Source: Octopus bimaculoides (taxonomy: Eukaryota). Taken from it: a stretch of DNA of 33,920 nt. The notes under the pieces are model-generated. The model did no database searches and was not told the origin of the DNA. It worked only from the letters and a program-made list of their open reading frames with translations. The DNA is taken from assembly GCF_001194135.2 (NCBI RefSeq), contig NC_068984.1:147736911-147770830 (forward strand), given 5' to 3'. The translations under genes were made by a program, and so were the position numbers. Positions 10,896-21,703 of this stretch are shown one piece after another (within the stretch, counting starts at the first letter, position 1; every line of letters starts with the position of its first letter).

Positions 10896-11125
10896 GAAGG
10901 CGTGCGACCTAGTGGTTAGAAGGTTGTTCTCACGATCATATGATAATGGTTTCGATTCCCGGGTGATGCATTGTATTCTTCAACAAAACACCCCATTTCA
11001 TGTTGCTCCAGCCAGCTATAAATGAATAACCCTGCGACAGACTGGTATCCGTTCAGAGGTAAAGGCTGTTGTGATCTCGTTCACTTATATACTCTGATAA
11101 CCGGGTAACCGACCCTATAAATGCT
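10896..11125 (+). mobile_element. Degenerate tRNA-derived SINE with V-domain-like segment (family D)
   Basis: Head GAAGGCGTGCGACCTAGTGGTTAG...GGTTTCGATTCC (A/B-box-like). CCCTGCGACAGACTGGTATCCGTTCAGAGG resembles the conserved V-SINE core CCCTGCGATGGACTGGCGxCCxGTCCAGGG. Confidence 0.65.
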
Positions 11126-13330
11126 TGGGGCAGCATTTGTTTTCTATCTTTAAAACCCATTGAATGATACCTCCAGTCGTCCATAAATATATTCTGTAAC
11201 TGTCTATCATGATGATGATGCAGTGTAGTTTCTGATATTTCCAACATCTAAACATTTCCAATGAGTATGAACAAATGAATTACGTAACAATGGTGAGATA
11301 AAAGAATGTGTTCTCTTATGGCTATAATTACTAAATTTATAAATATTTAAATATGTTTGGTTCTGAGTCATCATGTTGAAAAAATGTCTAGCATAGTCAT
11401 CAGATTTTTTGCAATGCCATGAAGTTAGTTTTAAACTGAGACATCTTAAGAGAAGAATGGGGTGTGATATATTCAGAATGTACAGGTTAGTTAATAGAGC
11501 ATAGCTTATGAGAATTTTCCGTGTTAATTACACATATATGTCCATAAATAATTCTAGGCTTAGTCGACATTAACAAATGTGATCTCGGAATTTCATCAGT
11601 CATCAATGATAAAAACATTAATTCGCATAATAGAAAGGCTATGTAATCAGCAGCAAGACTTGTCGAAATGGATCGATGTGAGTTACAATTGATAAGCAAA
11701 GGATACAGTTGAATTGAAAACAGCCACCCGCCCAACCATTCAACTAATTTATTAATAGATTTGATAAATATTGAAAGTGTATTGAATTTGAAACGACGTA
11801 ACCTAACGTTTGGGAAGAACCCAGAGTAAACGTGTTGGCAACAAGTTGTTGTCTTTTTAACGAATCGAAAAAATTATTTAACATTAGCAGCAACAACTAT
11901 CATAGTTTGGAAATGTTTCTACCTTTAATAGGTGCCGAGCAGAACGGAATGAGACATGTAGGTGCAACTGTTTGAATGTTGATAATTTGACACGGCTGAC
12001 TGGATACTCAGCCTGTTTTAGTAGCAGTACTTTTTGGCACTGGAGGCAAACACACAAACACACACACACATGCAGGCATGCGAGTGCAGAAATATATAGA
12101 TACAGACAGAAAGAGGGTGAGAAAGGGGAGAGAGAGATATTACAATTTATTAATTTAACATTATTGACCTAAATATTTTCTCCCCGTACACAGAGTGAGC
12201 AGAGAAAGATAGAACGAGAAAAAAATAGAAGCGAGAGAAACATTCAAACGTCTAATGTGAAATAAATCAGAGTTGTATCAAAACATCTCATATTCTAAGC
12301 GGTAGACTTAATCGCCAGCCAAGAGAAGAAAAAACAGAGTCTTTATTGATATGTTACAATAAGTTGCAACCTTAATGTAAAAATTTATATCTCATTGGTA
12401 TATAAAGATATCAAATTTCTCAAAGCATCGCACTACGGTGCTTATCAAACTACATTACATTATATACTCGTATATAAGTAATATTCTAAAAGAAATATTC
12501 TAAAAGAATATATAACTGAACTTATGTTGAGTGCTCAATTATTTTGAGTAATATCCGCGAAACGATCGTAAGATATTTAACTCTTTAAATTTTAGGTTCC
12601 TTTATATTTTATATTTTAGACTTTACAATATTCATGCTTAATTATGCATAAATTTTTATACGCATATATATTCACACATATATTTATCTATATTCAGATT
12701 TTTATATATATTGATATTTATATTTCGTATATTTGTTTTAAATTTTAAATTTATTATGTTGCCGTGTCATGTTGGATGTATGTCTTTCAAAATATTAAAT
12801 ATTGATTTCCTGAGTATATTATTGATGAGTTTATGAATTTATTNNNNNNNNNNNNNNNNNNNNNNNNNNNNNNNNNNNNNNNNNNNNNNNNNNNNNNNNN
12901 NNNNNNNNNNNNNNNNNNNNNNNNNNNNNNNNNNNNNNNNNNNNNNNNNNNNNNNNNNNNNNNNNNNNNNNNNNNNNNNNNNNNNNNNNNNNNNNNNNNN
13001 NNNNNNNNNNNNNNNNNNNNNNNNNNNNNNNNNNNNNNNNNNNNNNNNNNNNNNNNNNNNNNNNNNNNNNNNNNNNNNNNNNNNNNNNNNNNNNNNNNNN
13101 NNNNNNNNNNNNNNNNNNNNNNNNNNNNNNNNNNNNNNNNNNNNNNNNNNNNNNNNNNNNNNNNNNNNNNNNNNNNNNNNNNNNNNNNNNNNNNNNNNNN
13201 NNNNNNNNNNNNNNNNNNNNNNNNNNNNNNNNNNNNNNNNNNNNNNNNNNNNNNNNNNNNNNNNNNNNNNNNNNNNNNNNNNNNNNNNNNNNNNNNNNNN
13301 NNNNNNNNNNNNNNNNNNNNNNNNNNNNNN

Positions 13331-13962
13331 TAATGCCCTTATATAAATTATATATATTTATGGGAAAAAAACGATGGGTTTTTTTCCTTATGGGGTTTTT
13401 TCACGCTGACTACTTGATAAATTCTTATAAAGATTTTATCCTATATTATATTATAAATAATTAGAATATATTCAGTGCTGAATATTATTCTGTATAAGCA
13501 CATGTTACTGAGATGCAACCGGATAAATTCAAATCTCTTTCACGGATATATAGTGATGGACAGAAGTCATTGTACTATGTTGGGTACATCGTGGTATGTT
13601 GATTCTTGTTTATTTTTATGTGTCTCGACCATACGTGTACTGATGAACAAAAGATGCAGCTTACTTCACAGTTTTGCTGAATTGATTGAGAAACCAGTGG
13701 TCTGCCGTTAAGTTAAATGTTTTTAGGAGGTTAATTTTTTGAAAGTTGCATTTCCCTCGCTTTCGGTAAATATGTGCTTATTTTTTGGTAGTTTTTTACT
13801 TATTTAGTCCCTCTAAGCGTGAGGCATTACTATATAGTTAATGCCCTTATATAAATTATATATATTTATGGGGAAAAAACGATGGGTTTTTTTCCTTATG
13901 GGGTTTTTTCACGCTGACTACTTGATAAATTATTATAAAGATTTTATCCTATATTATATTAT
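13331..13962 (+). repeat. Direct repeat: 124-bp segment repeated at 508-bp spacing (one full unit plus start of next)
   Basis: 13331-13454 and 13839-13962 are identical except for about two substitutions. The first copy abuts gap 12844-13330 and the second ends in (TA)n. Confidence 0.9.
13633..13708 (+). ncRNA. Candidate type I hammerhead ribozyme
   Basis: CUGAUGA 13640-13646; GAAA 13690-13693; helix III ACC/GGU with AGU loop; GUC cleavage triplet ending at 13702; helix I ACG(U)GUA/UGCCGU. The long helix II is in register with 10 of 13 positions paired, but there is an A-A mismatch at its base. Confidence 0.5.
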
Positions 13963-14460
13963 ATATATATATATATATATGTCTGAAAAGATGTATAGGG
14001 GTAATACACGAGTAAGTAGATATTTATGAAAAACAAGAACGAAAATGCTACATTCTTAAAATTGGGTACATTTTAATTTTCCTTTTACATGTTTCGGTTT
14101 TTGAAAAACCTTATCAAAGATATGTACTAGAATGGAATATGTAGAGAGAAAAGAGCTATTAATAAAATAAAATAAAATTTAAAATTAAGATTAACGTTCA
14201 TAGTTGCAGAAATAAATTTCATTAACAGGTTGAAGAAAATGAAGAAAGAGAAATTATTTATTAAATTAGTTTATTTACTTTCATTTAATATTTACAGTAC
14301 ATTTATAAGTCAAAAGAAAACTGTCGTAGAGGATTACGGCATAAAATTTATATTAGCAAATTCTTTCATACTAAGTTACTAGAGTTTTACACAACAATTC
14401 AAAATAGCCTTGTTAAATTAAGTAGTAGACATGACATAACAATAACTAATATCTCAAAAG

Positions 14461-15097
14461 AGTGTCGTGGAAACGAGTGACAACCAACGAACACTGAGAG
14501 TGAGTGTCGTGGAGTCGAGTGACAACCAACGAACACTGAGAGTGAGTGTCGTGGAAATGAGTGACAACCAATGGACATTGAGAGTGAGTGTCGTGGAANN
14601 NNNNNNNNNNNNNNNNNNNNNNNNNNNNNNNNNNNNNNNNNNNNNNNNNNNNNNNNNNNNNNNNNNNNNNNNNNNNNNNNNNNNNNNNNNNNNNNNNNNN
14701 NNNNNNNNNNNNNNNNNNNNNNNNNNNNNNNNNNNNNNNNNNNNNNNNNNNNNNNNNNNNNNNNNNNNNNNNNNNNNNNNNNNNNNNNNNNNNNNNNNNN
14801 NNNNNNNNNNNNNNNNNNNNNNNNNNNNNNNNNNNNNNNNNNNNNNNNNNNNNNNNNNNNNNNNNNNNNNNNNNNNNNNNNNNNNNNNNNNNNNNNNNNN
14901 NNNNNNNNNNNNNNNNNNNNNNNNNNNNNNNNNNNNNNNNNNGTGTGGTGGAAATGAGTGACAACCAATGGACATTGAGAGTGAGTGTCGTGGAGTCGAG
15001 TGACAACCAACGAACACTGAGAGTGAGTGTCGTGGAAATGAGTGACAACCAATGGACATTGAGAGTGAGTGTCGTGGAATCGAGTGACAACCAACGA
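14461..15097. repeat. 42-bp minisatellite (gap 14599-14942 inside)
   Basis: Unit AGTGTCGTGGA(AA/GT)(C/T)GAGTGACAACCAA(CGAACAC/TGGACAT)TGAGAGTG. About 7 units are visible, contiguous with no spacers. Confidence 0.97.
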
Positions 15098-15319
15098 TCG
15101 CTAGTATGTGTGTCAATCGACTCTCCTAAAAATCAAGGTTTTTATAACTGCTCAAACCTGAATTCTAAGAATCATATTTCGTGAAAGATTTCTCTTTGAC
15201 GAAAGTTTAGAATTCAAATATGGGCAATAATTTTAACCAATGGGAAACTAACAATTATACCTATTCGGCCAACATGACCATTACGTCATATTAACGCCGA
15301 GAAAGGTTAATTTTGCCTT

Positions 15320-15785
15320 GCGTCCCTATAGTAATTTCAACTGCATTTTCTGTTTGTGTGTGAGTGGTGGTAATTAGATGCTGAAAGTATGAAAACAATC
15401 ACGGTCTTTGAAATGAAATGCTATTGGAAGCTGATTCACATTCCATTTCCTACACTTCGGACAAACGATCTTGATAGGAAAGAAATAATTGGGAAGACTG
15501 CAAACCACAAAATTCTTCAGTCATTTGTAAAAATTTTGAAAATGAAGTTCTTCGGTCGTTATAATACGACATCGTGATTCATTATCTCTAGCAAACATAA
15601 GTATGTCTGCTCTGATAAAGAAGAATAGGAAGACTACAAGCGGGTGGTTGAGCAACATTAAGGAATGGACTGTGAAGAAGATGATGGAAAACATGAGATT
15701 GATTAATGACTGAGGGAGATGAAGTGAGGAAGTTGTATCTCTTGCTGTCCACTTACGATCGTTCTCTAGGTTAAGGGCTTTCATT
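15320..15785 (+). mobile_element. RTE-clade LINE 3' fragment, decayed
   Basis: CE.W.LDAESMKTITVFEMKCYWKLIHIP...RTND...KMKFFG, then across frameshifts GWLSNIKEWT...RLINDxGR. This is the typical RTE C-terminal YxCESW...FEMxCYR...KLKYFGH...RWxDNIKEWT pattern. Confidence 0.8.
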
Positions 15786-16004
15786 GATTGGTTCTCCTTA
15801 GATTTTCTTTGATTTCTTCACATTACTTCTTCCTTCGCCTTCTTCCTAAATCTTTATTTGCCTTCTTCTTCATTCTTTATTTGCCTTCTTTGTACATTAT
15901 TTTATCTATTCTATCGGCTCTGAAAGGATGCCTTGCAACGCTCTAATAATTCTGTCAATCAACCGCCCTAATATAATATATAATGTACTTGTTTCTAATG
16001 TAAA

Positions 16005-16120
16005 TACAAGGCCAGCAATTGTGATGGAAGGTGATTAGTCGAGAGCATGGGCTCTAGTACTTGGTTGGCATTTTATTTTATCGATTCCGTAAAGATAAAA
16101 AGCAAAGTTGACCCTGGTAG
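16005..16120 (-). mobile_element. SINE family C, degenerate 3' fragment
   Basis: ACAAGGCCAGCAATT...GATTAGTCGA...TTTATCGATTCCGTAAAGATAAAAAGCAAAGTTGACC aligns with 31660-31780. Confidence 0.7.
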
Positions 16121-16516
16121 TGAGATCTGTATTCATAATGCGAGAAGCAGCAAGGTATTCTCCATAGATTTATAATATTCCTGTCAGGAATTTTAAGGAA
16201 ATAAAACAAAAATAAATTATTCGAACCGTAGCGTATCTCGAAGGTGTGGGTAAGGGTTACACCCTGAGTTACATTTTTATGTGGGTGGTACTTTCGGGTC
16301 TGCTGTTTAGGCCTGCATAGGCGGTAAACTCAAGAACTGCCCCAGGCGACACACATTCTAGTTATCCCGCTGGTTTCAAACTTGATCTTTCGGCCAATAG
16401 ACCGGTTCCCTAATAGGCTTGTCCAATAGACGCTATTTGCTTCACTTACAAATTTTCTCATCGTCCTCGACTACCAGAATCACATTTCACCAATAAAATC
16501 ATTAAATTTAACTATA

Positions 16517-16602
16517 GGCAGCGAGCAGGTAGAAACGTTATCGCGTCGATTTATCTTCTCCCCACAAAATTACTGGTCTTGTGCCGGAATTTGAAACCAT
16601 TA
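16517..16602 (+). mobile_element. SINE family C, internally deleted copy
   Basis: Head GGCAGCGAGCAGGTAGAAACGTTA fused to the 3' end TCGATTTATCTTCTCCCCACAAAATTACTGGTCTTGTGCC...TTTGAAACC. Confidence 0.6.
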
Positions 16603-16644
16603 TCAAATTTCCACACTACCACAACTACAGGCGTTATCCAATTT

Positions 16645-16709
<65 letters not shown>

Positions 16710-16748
16710 ATGCTGCTGCTGCTGCTACCACCACCACCACCACCACCA
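16645..16748. repeat. Compound trinucleotide microsatellite (CTA)n-(CTG)n-(CCA)n
   Basis: Directly visible. It gives the poly-Leu/poly-Pro ORF in the track. Confidence 0.97.
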
Positions 16749-16870
16749 TTTCAGTTTTACCTTCGATATTGCAACCAGACCAAACCCCTTATCAGTGCTA
16801 CAAAACAATGTTGTAATAATAGAGCTTGGAGATCAATTTCCGAAGTTAATCTGTAATTCCCATTCTTCAG

Positions 16871-16978
16871 TGATCAAGCATTATGGACACTTGATCTCAA
16901 AAAAATAGCCAATCAGGCAGATTTCCTGTTTGACATGATCGATGATTTCAACACCTACCACATTCACTATCAGGCAAA
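16871..16978 (+). CDS. Candidate internal exon of a GH18 (chitinase/chitobiase-like) gene
   Basis: Acceptor TTCCCATTCTTCAG; in-frame stop 4 codons upstream; translation DQALWTLDLKKIANQADFLFDMIDDFNTYHIHYQAK; weak donor AA|GTAGAT giving a symmetric 108-nt exon (alternative GC donor after 16973). Aligns ungapped to the GH18 motif YDxxxIAxxxDFxxxMxYDF. Confidence 0.42.
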
Positions 16979-17052
16979 GTAGATATCAGATGCAGTCGTT
17001 TCGATCAGCTAATCAACTAAGCCTCCTTACACGTACACCCAGAAGTGTAGAA

Positions 17053-17093
17053 GTATGTATGTATGTATGCATGTGTGTGTATGCATGCATGTT

Positions 17094-17124
<31 letters not shown>

Positions 17125-17244
17125 ATGCATGTATGTATATACATGTGTATATATATCTATAATTACATGTATATATATGTTTATATGTATGCATATATGT
17201 ACATACATATATGCCTGTGCATAAGTGTGTGTATATGCATATAT

Positions 17245-17308
<64 letters not shown>

Positions 17309-17400
17309 ATAAATGTATGTATACATATATGGATATGTATATATATGTGTGTGTGTGTACATGTGTGTATATATGCATTCATACAGACATGTAAACACAT
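17053..17400. repeat. Complex (TATG)/(TG)/(TA) microsatellite tract
   Basis: Directly visible. Confidence 0.95.
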
Positions 17401-17718
17401 GTATATCCGAGAATAACACTCAAACTGGGATTGGCACACACACATCGCAGATCCAGAGATCCTTGAACGTTTGATTTGATACACCAACATATATACACTG
17501 GCATGCAATATATGAATATGTATGCGTTTATATTTGTATATTATTTGCAGGAGTATATCTATGTTGTGTTGGTTGTGTATGCGTCTTTCTGCAGTATCTC
17601 TGTGTATTAGTTTACATGAGCATATTTTGTGTGTGTGTGTGTGTGTGTGCGTGCGCGCGCGTATATAATAAATATATTTGCAAAATAGTAACAAGTTCCT
17701 GACCAAACAAGCGGTAAG

Positions 17719-17736
17719 ATTGGTTGCTATGGCAAA
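17719..17736 (+). promoter_or_regulatory. RFX X-box-like site overlapping an inverted CCAAT box
   Basis: GTTGCTATGGCAAA (17723-17736) is one base from the palindromic X-box GTTGCYATGGCAAC. ATTGG at 17719-17723. It lies in a short unique island between microsatellites. Confidence 0.4.
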
Positions 17737-17819
17737 GCGAATGAACTATTTATCAAAACAGCTCTGCACTGAAGGCGAGAGGTGGGGGAACATATTTTGT
17801 AAATGAAACGAAACGCGCG

Positions 17820-17960
17820 CTCACACACGCACACACACACACACACACACGCACACACACACATACACACACACACACACACACATACACACACCCACAC
17901 CCACACACATACTCTCTCTCTCTCTCTCTCTCCTTTCTCACATACACATACAAAAATTAC
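17820..17960. repeat. (CA)n then (CT)n microsatellite
   Basis: Directly visible. Confidence 0.95.
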
Positions 17961-18469
17961 ACATATGAAACTGAATCTTATGTGTGTGTAGCCTAAACAA
18001 GGACAGTAATAAACTGATTAACACTTGGCAGTTTCCATTAAAGGAAGAATAAGGTTTGTGCTAGAATCACACAAAGATGTATGGTCAATTAAGCACAAAA
18101 TACATATGTCACAACAAAAGCAAAGATTTCTAATATTAAAATACTGGTCTGCAATTTTTAACACTAGGCACCAAAGATTTTATTAGAAATTAGTATAGAT
18201 GTACTTGAATCAATTTATAGATCCTCAAAAGGCGCCAAACCACACAAATTCATTAAATGGCAACCCTATTTTTCCTTTTTAGATAGACGATCAGAAGTTT
18301 TCATAAGAATGAGTTCATAATTTTTCTTAATTAATAAGATCATTGGTGACTACTGCTTAATATTGCTTTCAATATGTGTATCTTCATGGCAGGGTCTATA
18401 TTTTACCATAACCTTTATACAACTGTGGCAATAGTACCACAATGAGGTTTTTGACAAATCAACAAGGTG

Positions 18470-20866
18470 TCTTGGTAAACGAACTCGAGGAAATGTTTAA
18501 GGTCTTCCAGCAGCATTTCACCCAGCTTTTCGGGACGAGCAATGGACCGGAGTGAAGAAAGGACCTCATGGGCTTCCTCGCCAGTTTGCCGCGTCTTTCG
18601 GGGCTGGACGCAGCGTGCTGTGACGGACCGATTGCGGCTGCGGAGGTGGAGGAAGCTTTGTCGGACTGCGGCGGAGTAAGTCACCGGTATTTGATGGTCT
18701 TCCCTACGAACTATATTACAGTATACCAGACTTGTCTGGGTATCTACTGGCTAGCGACTTCACCAACTGGTAGCAGAATGGGTTCATACCTAGATCTCTG
18801 TGCCGAGGGGTGGTGGCGCTGAACGCAGAGTTGAAAATTTTGGCCGAGGTATAAGCAAAAAGGTTGGCGCGTGTCGCGGATGGACTCGTAGGGAAAGCGC
18901 AAACTCGTGCCATTCTCGGAAGATCCATTCAGGATAATCTTCACCTTATATACTATACATTAGAGGGTGTAAATAGATCTGGCAAGGGTAGGGTTCTGAT
19001 CCATTTAGACCAGTCCAAGGCGTTTGATAGAGTTGACCATCAATACCTAGTGTCGGTCCTTGTGACGTTCCGGCTGGGCCCTGTCTTCCGTAGCTGGATC
19101 ATCGCCATGTATGGTAACATTAATTCAATCGTTCGGGTGAACGGCTTCCTTTCGAAGCCGTTCTGCATCAGCGTTCGGTTCGTCAAGTATGTTCCCTCTC
19201 CACACTTCTGCACGTATCGGCTCTCGAGCCCTTGCTGCGGAAGTTGGAAGCGATAAGGGGCGTCCCTAGTGATCTGGGTCGTGGTAAGTCGGTAACGGCG
19301 TATGTAGATGATATCACCATCATTGTACCCGAGGTCAAACGCCTACAGAGGGCAGGTAAGGCCATTAAAGAGTTCGAGGCGGTGGCAGGAGCTAAGATTA
19401 ACCGTGAAAAGTCAGTCGGCTTGCTTCTCAGCACCTGGAGATTTAAGTCGATACCTCCCAACAACGTCGTGGAGCGTTAGACGGAGGGGCCGGTTAAAAT
19501 GCTAGGGGTCTGGTTTGGACTAGATCTCCATAGAGAGAAGAATTGGGGTGAGATAACGAGCCAGGTGGCCGTCTTAACTGAGACCTGGTCAGAGCGGTGG
19601 CTATCCGTGAAAGGGAGAGCGGAGGTTGCAAATGTATTTATCGCATCTCTAATTACCTACCGCCTAACTGTAGTGCCTTTCCTTGACTTTTGGCTGAATA
19701 AGCAGGAACATATACTCTTCCGCTTCTTGTGGAAGGGCTGCAGACCTCTTGTGAGGCGCTCTATCTGTTGCCAACAGCCGCTAAAGGGTGAGCTTGGGAT
19801 GCCGTGGCTAATGATGCACAAGCACGCGCCGAGGCTAAGGCATCTTTGGTTCTACCTGGATGGTGAACAGGTGTGGTCTCCGTTCGTCAATTCGATGTTT
19901 CCAAAGTTTACCACTTTTGGTAGACTTGAACCCCGGATCAGGTGTAGACCAAGGTTGGGTGCCTGGCAAACCGAGTGCCATATGGCATTCGTGCTCTTCA
20001 GTCGCGCGGGCATCATGCCAGAGGTTTTGGTTCCATCGCATTTTTTTTATAGAAGGTTGGTAGAGGTTAAATGCGACAATACTCTGGGGGAAACTCTGGG
20101 TCTCGACAGTAATCAGCTTGTCGGCCTGTTCCAAAGAACCTTCGGGCCGCGACCTATGGATAACTTCCAGAGGTCCATGACCTGGCAGTGTTTTTGAGGA
20201 GCCTTGCCTATTCAGGATAAACTCGCAAGGCATGGTGCTAGAGTTTTGCTTACCTGTCCAAGATGCGAGCGGGACAGTGGAACTGTCCTGCACACGATTG
20301 TACAGTGTCCGAAAATTACGGAGATGTGGGTATATGTCGAGCAGCTGCTGTCCCATATGGGAAGAGTACAGCTGTCCTCCGAGTCAATTATAAAGATTGT
20401 TCCACCTTCCTCTTTTGGTAAAGAAGGAAAGACCTGTTTTCTCGCAGTGGTAGCTGTAGAAAAAGTGGTTGCATGGAAGACCCGTACGAAAGGAGTTACG
20501 ACAGGCGTCTTCATCTTCAGCCCTCGTCTAGTGAGTTATTTTTCCTTCTACCTTAAAAGGAAAATAAGGCTGGAGCGCAGATGCCTGTCGTACGGCGTGT
20601 TTGTGAAAAGATGGATGGAAGTTGTAAAAATGTTGGGTATGAGTGTACCTACATGAACGTATACTTGAATAATCCAAAGGTAACAGTGATGATCCGGGGC
20701 TTGTGAGGTCAGAGCATAACTCGTCTCCCCACTCAATAGTGACGTTTGTTGTCCAACCATTAGATTTAATTGTTCATTTAATTTTCAAAGTCGCTTTTTG
20801 TGTAAATTCATTCGTTTTCATGATCCCAAATTCATTGTACTGTCTCTCTCTATGTTTAGCCCCTAG
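18470..20866 (+). mobile_element. 5'-truncated Tx1/L1-group LINE (ORF2 RT and zinc-finger region plus 3' UTR), inactivated
   Basis: KSPVFDGLPYELY, GRSIQDN, LDQSKAFDRVDH, SVRQVCSLS (after a frameshift near 19172), catalytic AYVDD (19298-19312), KINREKS, MLGVWFG, LSVKGRAEVANVFI, LFRFLWKG and a C-terminal CPRC...TVLHTIVQC zinc knuckle; stop at 20656. 19232-20656 is one frame broken by TAG at 19478 and TGA at 20195. No endonuclease domain is present. Confidence 0.95.
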
Positions 20867-21264
20867 TGTGTAAGAAAGAAATATAAGTCTGTGCCGGGGG
20901 TCGATGTTGACGTACGTGAGTTGGTGCCGGACAGTTGGCGCCAGTGGTTGGTATGAACGGTAGAATACGCGAGCAGTTAGAGTCGAACGGTTGGTTCGAA
21001 GTGATGAGTGGTTTATGTGTATAACTGATACAGCAGTTTGTGCCGGGAATCGATGTGCAACGGTTGACATCTTTGCTGTGAGGTGGACGATTTGAACTGG
21101 TAAAAGAAAGCGGAGTGTGAAGTTGGCTGCGAAAATAGTCAGTGTTAACTTGGCAAAGTAAATAAACAGTGAGTGTCAAGTTGGTTATGAAGACAATCAA
21201 TGTAAAGATTCGACGCGACCAGTAAAATGAACTCGATCGGTAAAGAATCAGATTACACAAGACA
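20867..21264 (+). mobile_element. Probable solo LTR (~400 bp)
   Basis: Starts TGTGTAA and ends ...TTACACAAGACA (TG...CA). Flanks CCTAG / TCTAG (4/5 TSD). AATAAA about 100 bp before the end. Internal direct repeat TGTGCCGGGxxTCGATGT. No coding sequence. Confidence 0.6.
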
Positions 21265-21393
21265 TCTAGCCAAATAGGACTATTTCTTCCACTTTAAACA
21301 AGTTGGCACGCTGGGCTGGCCTGCGGTTTTCTTAGCTGCTGACTGTTGGAGCCATGTTGATGGTGTTAGGAGGCCACAGTTCGTGACACTATT

Positions 21394-21580
21394 TTATTCT
21401 TTTTTGTTTCAGTCATTGGATTGCAGTCATTTTGGAGCATCAATTTGAAGGGTTTTAGTTGAACAAATCGACCCCAGTGGCACTTATTTTATCGGTTTCT
21501 TTTGTCAACGAGCTAAGTTACGGGGACGTAAACAAACTAACACCGATTGTCAAGTTGTGGTGGGGAAACAAACACAGACA
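21394..21580 (-). mobile_element. SINE family A 3' half with adjoining (CA)n (21606-21694)
   Basis: Reverse complement of the 3' half: TGTTTCAGTCATT...GGAGCA...AAATCGACCCCAG...CTAAGTTACGGGGACGTAAACA...TGTCAAG. Confidence 0.85.
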
Positions 21581-21603
21581 TACACAGACACACGTGTATA
21601 TAT

Positions 21604-21703
<100 letters not shown>

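Noticed and set aside
11171-11247. Minus-strand 77-nt exon candidate (TTTAG...GAG|GTATCA)
   Set aside because: Weak pyrimidine tract, no recognisable peptide, adjacent to a SINE tail.
14461-15097. Regular repeat array as a possible CRISPR
   Set aside because: Units are contiguous with no unique spacers, there are no cas genes, and the context is eukaryotic.
16226-16372. Possible MITE with CAGTGGCGTAxCTAG-type ends
   Set aside because: The putative TIRs match at only about 8 of 15 positions and no TSD is visible.
16581-16856. Poly-Leu/poly-Pro ORF resembling a membrane or signal peptide
   Set aside because: It starts in a SINE remnant and is the reading of a (CTA)(CTG)(CCA) microsatellite.
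19499-20656. 232-aa and 150-aa ORFs as independent genes
   Set aside because: They are in-frame pieces of the Tx1 LINE ORF2 separated by nonsense mutations.
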